Part shown: positions 59,670 to 64,000 of the stretch, one piece after another
How the letters are laid out: every line of letters starts with the position of its first letter
Position numbering within the stretch: position 1 is the first letter of the stretch
DNA from: Eledone cirrhosa
Taxonomy: Eukaryota
Assembly (NCBI GenBank): GCA_964016885.1
Contig: OZ024741.1
Location: 104,408,001 to 104,472,000 of the forward strand
DNA length: 64,000 nt
Direction: 5' to 3'
Made by a program: the position numbers and the translations under genes
The notes under the pieces: model-generated
What the model saw: the letters and a program-made list of their open reading frames with translations, nothing else
Database searches by the model: none
What the model was told of the DNA's origin: nothing

Positions 59670-62600
59670 TCACCCCCTGCTTAGGCTTAAAGCCGACAGA
59701 GAAAAAAAGGGTAGCAGTTGCAAGAAAGAAAAAATATATAACAGTAAATATATAATAAACAATTCACAGATAACTAAATATTCATTTCACAGGAATGTCT
59801 GCGTTTTGCTTCAGAGAAAAAGAGGAAAAAAAAAACTGAGCAGCAGAAATAGTCCAAAGTTCACATTAATTAATGCATTTAATATAAATACAAGAGAGGA
59901 CAAGAACTCAAAAAGCTTGCTCTATATAGCATAGTTCATATATACAGAGTCTTGCAAAGCTTCTTGGGCCAATGTACTCGGCGACCACTACGTGTGGTGG
60001 TGACATATGTAGGTGTAGGTGGAGAAGGTGTGTGAAATGTTGCATGTGTAGCGTGTGGTGGCTGATGCAGAGTATATGTAGGGGGAATATGGGGCTCTTG
60101 TGTGAGAGTGTCTGTAAAGGCCCGTTTCACCCTATCGATGGATACAGTCTCTTGTTTACCAACAATGTCCAGAGTGAACATTTTATCTGTGCGTGCAAGC
60201 ACACGATAAGGACCGGTATAAGGCGCTCTCACGGCGTCCTTCCGTAGAAAGACGTGGGTCCACGAAGCAATGTCTTTCGGGACCGGAGATTATTGTCTGT
60301 TGCCGAGGGTTCATAGGCGGAAGATTGTTAAAATAAGATCGCAGTCTTTCCACATACAGAGCTGGATCTGTTTCAGGTAAATCCATTGGGGTCAACATCT
60401 GACCCGGTAAAGATAATGGTACTTCGTAAACCAGTTCGGCTGGGGAGTATCCTGTTGATCCGGATAAGTGCGCAATGAGGCTTTCAATTGGCGGTGGAAG
60501 CGTTCTATTATTCCGTTCGAAGTTGGATGATAGCTAGTCGTTCGGATGCGCTTAATTCCTAGGATCCTTGAAAGTTCTCGGAAGAGATGGGATTCGAACT
60601 GTCCACCACGGTCCGTGGTGACAGTAGTTGGAACTCCGTAACGCGATATCCAACCCGATACTAGAGCTCGCGATACAGATTCCGCCGAAATGTCGCTTAA
60701 AGGAATGGCCTCAGGCAAACGTGTGAAGCGATCTATACAGGTCAGGAGATATGTAAATCCTTGGCTGACCGGCCATGGTCCAACGAGATCTATATGGACA
60801 TGACTGAACCGAGCGTCTGGAGTGCTGAAAGTTCCGAGAGGTGCGCGGATGTGTTTGTGCACCTTTGACTTCTGGCAGGACAAGCAGGAACGTGTCCAGG
60901 CAGTGATGTCACGCCTCATATTCGGCCAGAAGAATCAAGCCGAAATGAGCTTCACTGTGGTCGAGATTCCGGGGTGTGCCAGACCGTGCAAGGTATCGAA
61001 AACAGCTCGACGATGAGTCGCTGGAACTAGAGGACGAGGTGAATCCGTCGAGGTGTCGCAAGTAATCTGTATCTGAAGTGGGCACAGGTTGATATGAAAA
61101 TTTACCAGTTGCAAATTCAGGCGACGAGAGATCCAAGGGATCCAGAGGTGGCTGTTCTGTGGCCATCCGTTGAAGGTCAATATCCGAAGGTGATGACAGG
61201 GAATTGATTGGGAGGCGAGACAAGGCATCTGCCGCCGCATTCTATTCACCGGAGATGTTTCGGATATGGCTGGTAAATTGTGAAACGAAATCCAAGTGAC
61301 GAGTTTCGCGAGGTGAATATTTATCCGGCTTAGAACGCAGTGCGAACGTAAGCGGACGATGATCAGTGTAGATCACAAATTGTCGACTCTCCAGTGCATG
61401 CCGAAAGTGTTTCACTGAGAGGTACATAGCCAGGAGTTGGCTGGATGTGCTATATCTTGTTTCTGCAGGTTTCAGTTGTCTCGATTAGTACGCGAGAGGT
61501 TGTAATTGTTGTTGGTGGTGCTGTTGCAACACTGCACCTACAGCTGTGCCCGATGCATCAACGACCAGGGAAAACTGGGCACCAGACACAGGATGTGCAA
61601 GTAACGATGTCTCCGCAAGTTTCTGCTCCACTTCGTTGAAGGCTTTTAGCTGACTCGTGTCCAGTCTGATTGATTCATTTTTCTTTTTCCTGTTACGTAA
61701 CAGGTCGGACAGAGGAGACAGGAGATCCGCACAGTGTGGGATAAAACGCCTGTAGTAGTTCAGCAGACTAAGGAAATGTCGTAGCTGTCGAGGTGAAGGT
61801 CTTGCAGAGCTTTCACTTTGTCAGGCAGTGGTGAGATTCCCTCGGGGCTGATAACGTGGCCCAAGAAGACAAGTGAAGACGCACCGAAAACACATTTCGC
61901 CGGGTTGATTCGCACCTGATACTGCTGAAACCGTTCAATCAGTAGACGGAGGTGAGTGACATGTTCCTCGGGTGAGGCACTTGCCACGAGAATGTCATCA
62001 ATGTAGTTATACACGAAGTCCAAATCGCGCACAACTTAATCCATGAAACGTTGGAAAGTACTGGCTGCGTTTCGCAAACCGAAAGGCATAGTCAGAAATT
62101 CGAACGCTCTGAAAGGAGTTGTTACGGCAGTTTTAGGTATATCTGCCGGGTTCACTGGAATCTGGTGGTAAGCCTTGACCAAATCCAATTTGGAGAATGT
62201 CTTACATCCGTGAAGCGAAGACGCGAAATCCTGTATGTGCGGGATCGGGTAGCGATCGGGTACCGTCATTGCGTTTAACCGGCGAAAGTCCCAGTGGGAT
62301 GCCAATCACCGGAACGCTTCGGAACCAAATGCAAAGGAGTGGCCCACGGACTTGAGGATGGGCGTATGATCCCGAGCTGCAGCATGTGGTTGAATTCAGC
62401 CTTGGCCACTTTCAATTTCTCCGCAGGGAGGCGGCGAGGGCGTGAAAACACAGGAGCACCAGATGTTTCAATGTAGTGTTTTGTTGAGTGAGTAGGCTTA
62501 CTCATCACAAAATTTAAATTGGTCAATTCTGGGAAGGAATGTAACAGCGACTGAAAAGGATCTTCTGAAGCGGCGGTAAAGAAAGCCGGGCTGATAGACG

Positions 62601-62970
62601 AGACAGTCGATCTCATACCCGGGACGGACAGTTCCGTGTTCGCATCCAACAACCGGCGGCGTCTGCGCATATCCACTAAAAGGTTATAGTGGTGCAGGAA
62701 ATCCGAGCCTAGAATAGGGTAAGGCAGATTAGCGACAGTGAATATCCACGTGAAGTCTCTGCGCAATTCCAGGTTCAAAGAACGAGAAATTTGACCATAC
62801 GTGGGGATCGGTGAATGATTTACAGCATGCAGAGATATGGGTGCAAGTGGAGGCTTCTCTTTGAGAAGTTTTAACGGCCATATGCTGCAAGCGGCGCCTG
62901 TGTCAACCAAACAACGTGCTTGGGAATCCGTGTCTGTTATGAAGAACGCACGATTATTTGGGAGTGTCAG

Positions 62971-63012
62971 AGGAGACTGTGCCGTGCTCGGGTCTCCTGA
63001 ATTCCGTTTCCC
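62971..63012 (-). other. -1 programmed ribosomal frameshift signal (G GGA AAC plus stem-loop)
   Basis: The heptamer is in gag frame (CAG GGA AAC). A 7-nt spacer is followed by an AGGAGAC/GTCTCCT stem. The -1 frame is open into ...CLVDTGA. Confidence 0.85.
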
Positions 63013-64000
63013 TGGATGGAAAACGAACAGGGCTGTTTACAAGAGCCTGCCGCCGCGCCAAAACAGCTGTGGTAGTAGCACAGTCCTGGCTTGCTTGTGT
63101 GGCGGCGGCGTGGCGAGGGCGAACGGCTCTGGAAGCGACGTCTGGGCGATTGAGCCCTGGAGGTACTCAATTTTCTCACCTCTTTAATGAGTTGCTCTAT
63201 GGCTTGAAGTACTGCCACAGACGCAAGCGACTGATCGGTGTGGACGGCAGCCGCTGGAGAGAACGAAGAGACCGCAGCCGGCGGCTGAGGTGTAGCAAAG
63301 GAGGCAGGCTTTCCGGTGTAACTCATAATTTTGTCGACCGAAGACGCGAGCTGGTCGACTGAGGTAGCTTCCATCATAGGCGCTAAAATCGCCTGAACAC
63401 TAGGCGGCAGCCTTGAAAGGAAAAGCTGTCGAAGGAGGGCGCTGTCAGCTGGGGCATCCTCCGCCAGCTCTCTCATCCGATGCAGAAGCTGGCTGGGCGT
63501 CCTATCACCCAAATGTTCGTCATTGACGAGGGTCTGGAATTTTTTCTCAGCAGACAGCGTGGTCCGCCGCAAAACCTCGCGTTTTACACTCTCATAGGTG
63601 GCTTCAAGGGGCGGATCAGTTATCAAATCCTTAACAACAGTCGTCAATGAGACTGGGAAAGCACTCAAGAGAATGTGTAACTGTCTGACTTCAGACGTTA
63701 TGTTCGCAGGAAAATGCGATTCCATCTGGGCGAACCAAACACGGACATCGCCGGCAAACTCTGGCAATGTGGTGCTACCCATCGTGAATTATGGTATACC
63801 CGTAAGCAATAGAAAATAACAGGAAAATGCAGGCCAAAAGGAATCCAATGGAAAAAACAAAAAATAAAAATAATAATATTCTCTTTCGTTGTCAGAGAGG
63901 AAAATGTTAAGAATAAAAAAAAAAATTTTTTTTTATATTTTTCAAACAAGCGTTGCTTTTAAATCAAATTGGCTGGCAAACAAAAGCAGAAGACGTATAA

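Larger units (their letters stand above)
59322..64000 (-). mobile_element. Decayed Ty3/gypsy LTR retrotransposon, CsRn1-like (gag-PR-RT-RH-INT); 5' LTR outside the window
   Basis: gag 62967-63782 (WFAQME, LGDRTPSQLL, CYYH..FG..A..C..PC), protease DTGA, RT ([24 protein letters not shown]), RNase H (YTDHRPL) and integrase (HHCC remnants, [29 protein letters not shown]). Several frameshifts and stops. Confidence 0.95.

Overview
AT-rich eukaryotic (metazoan) genomic DNA. The SINE, RTE and (TA)n repertoire suggests a cephalopod such as Octopus; this is an inference. The only host gene I can support is the 3' end of an ethanolaminephosphotransferase 1 (EPT1/SELENOI) ortholog: three + strand exons at 4749-4929, 10904-11086 and 12042-12107. 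Its TAA stop falls on the codon that is selenocysteine-UGA in vertebrates. The rest is mobile DNA. From about 23.7 kb to 59.2 kb the window is a nest of retroelements inserted into (TA)n microsatellites. It holds many RTE-clade LINE copies whose RT carries an inserted PHD-type C4HC3 finger, and several Penelope-like element (PLE; RT plus C-terminal GIY-YIG) families in inverted or fold-back arrangements. About eight type I hammerhead ribozyme motifs can be folded by eye, several with unusual cores or large branched stem II inserts. There are also non-coding hammerhead-bearing elements, including a retrozyme-like unit with a ~1009-bp period. The window ends in a decayed CsRn1-like Ty3/gypsy element with an intact -1 gag-pol frameshift signal. 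A 200-N assembly gap lies at 40655-40854. Most long ORFs in the track are microsatellite artefacts.
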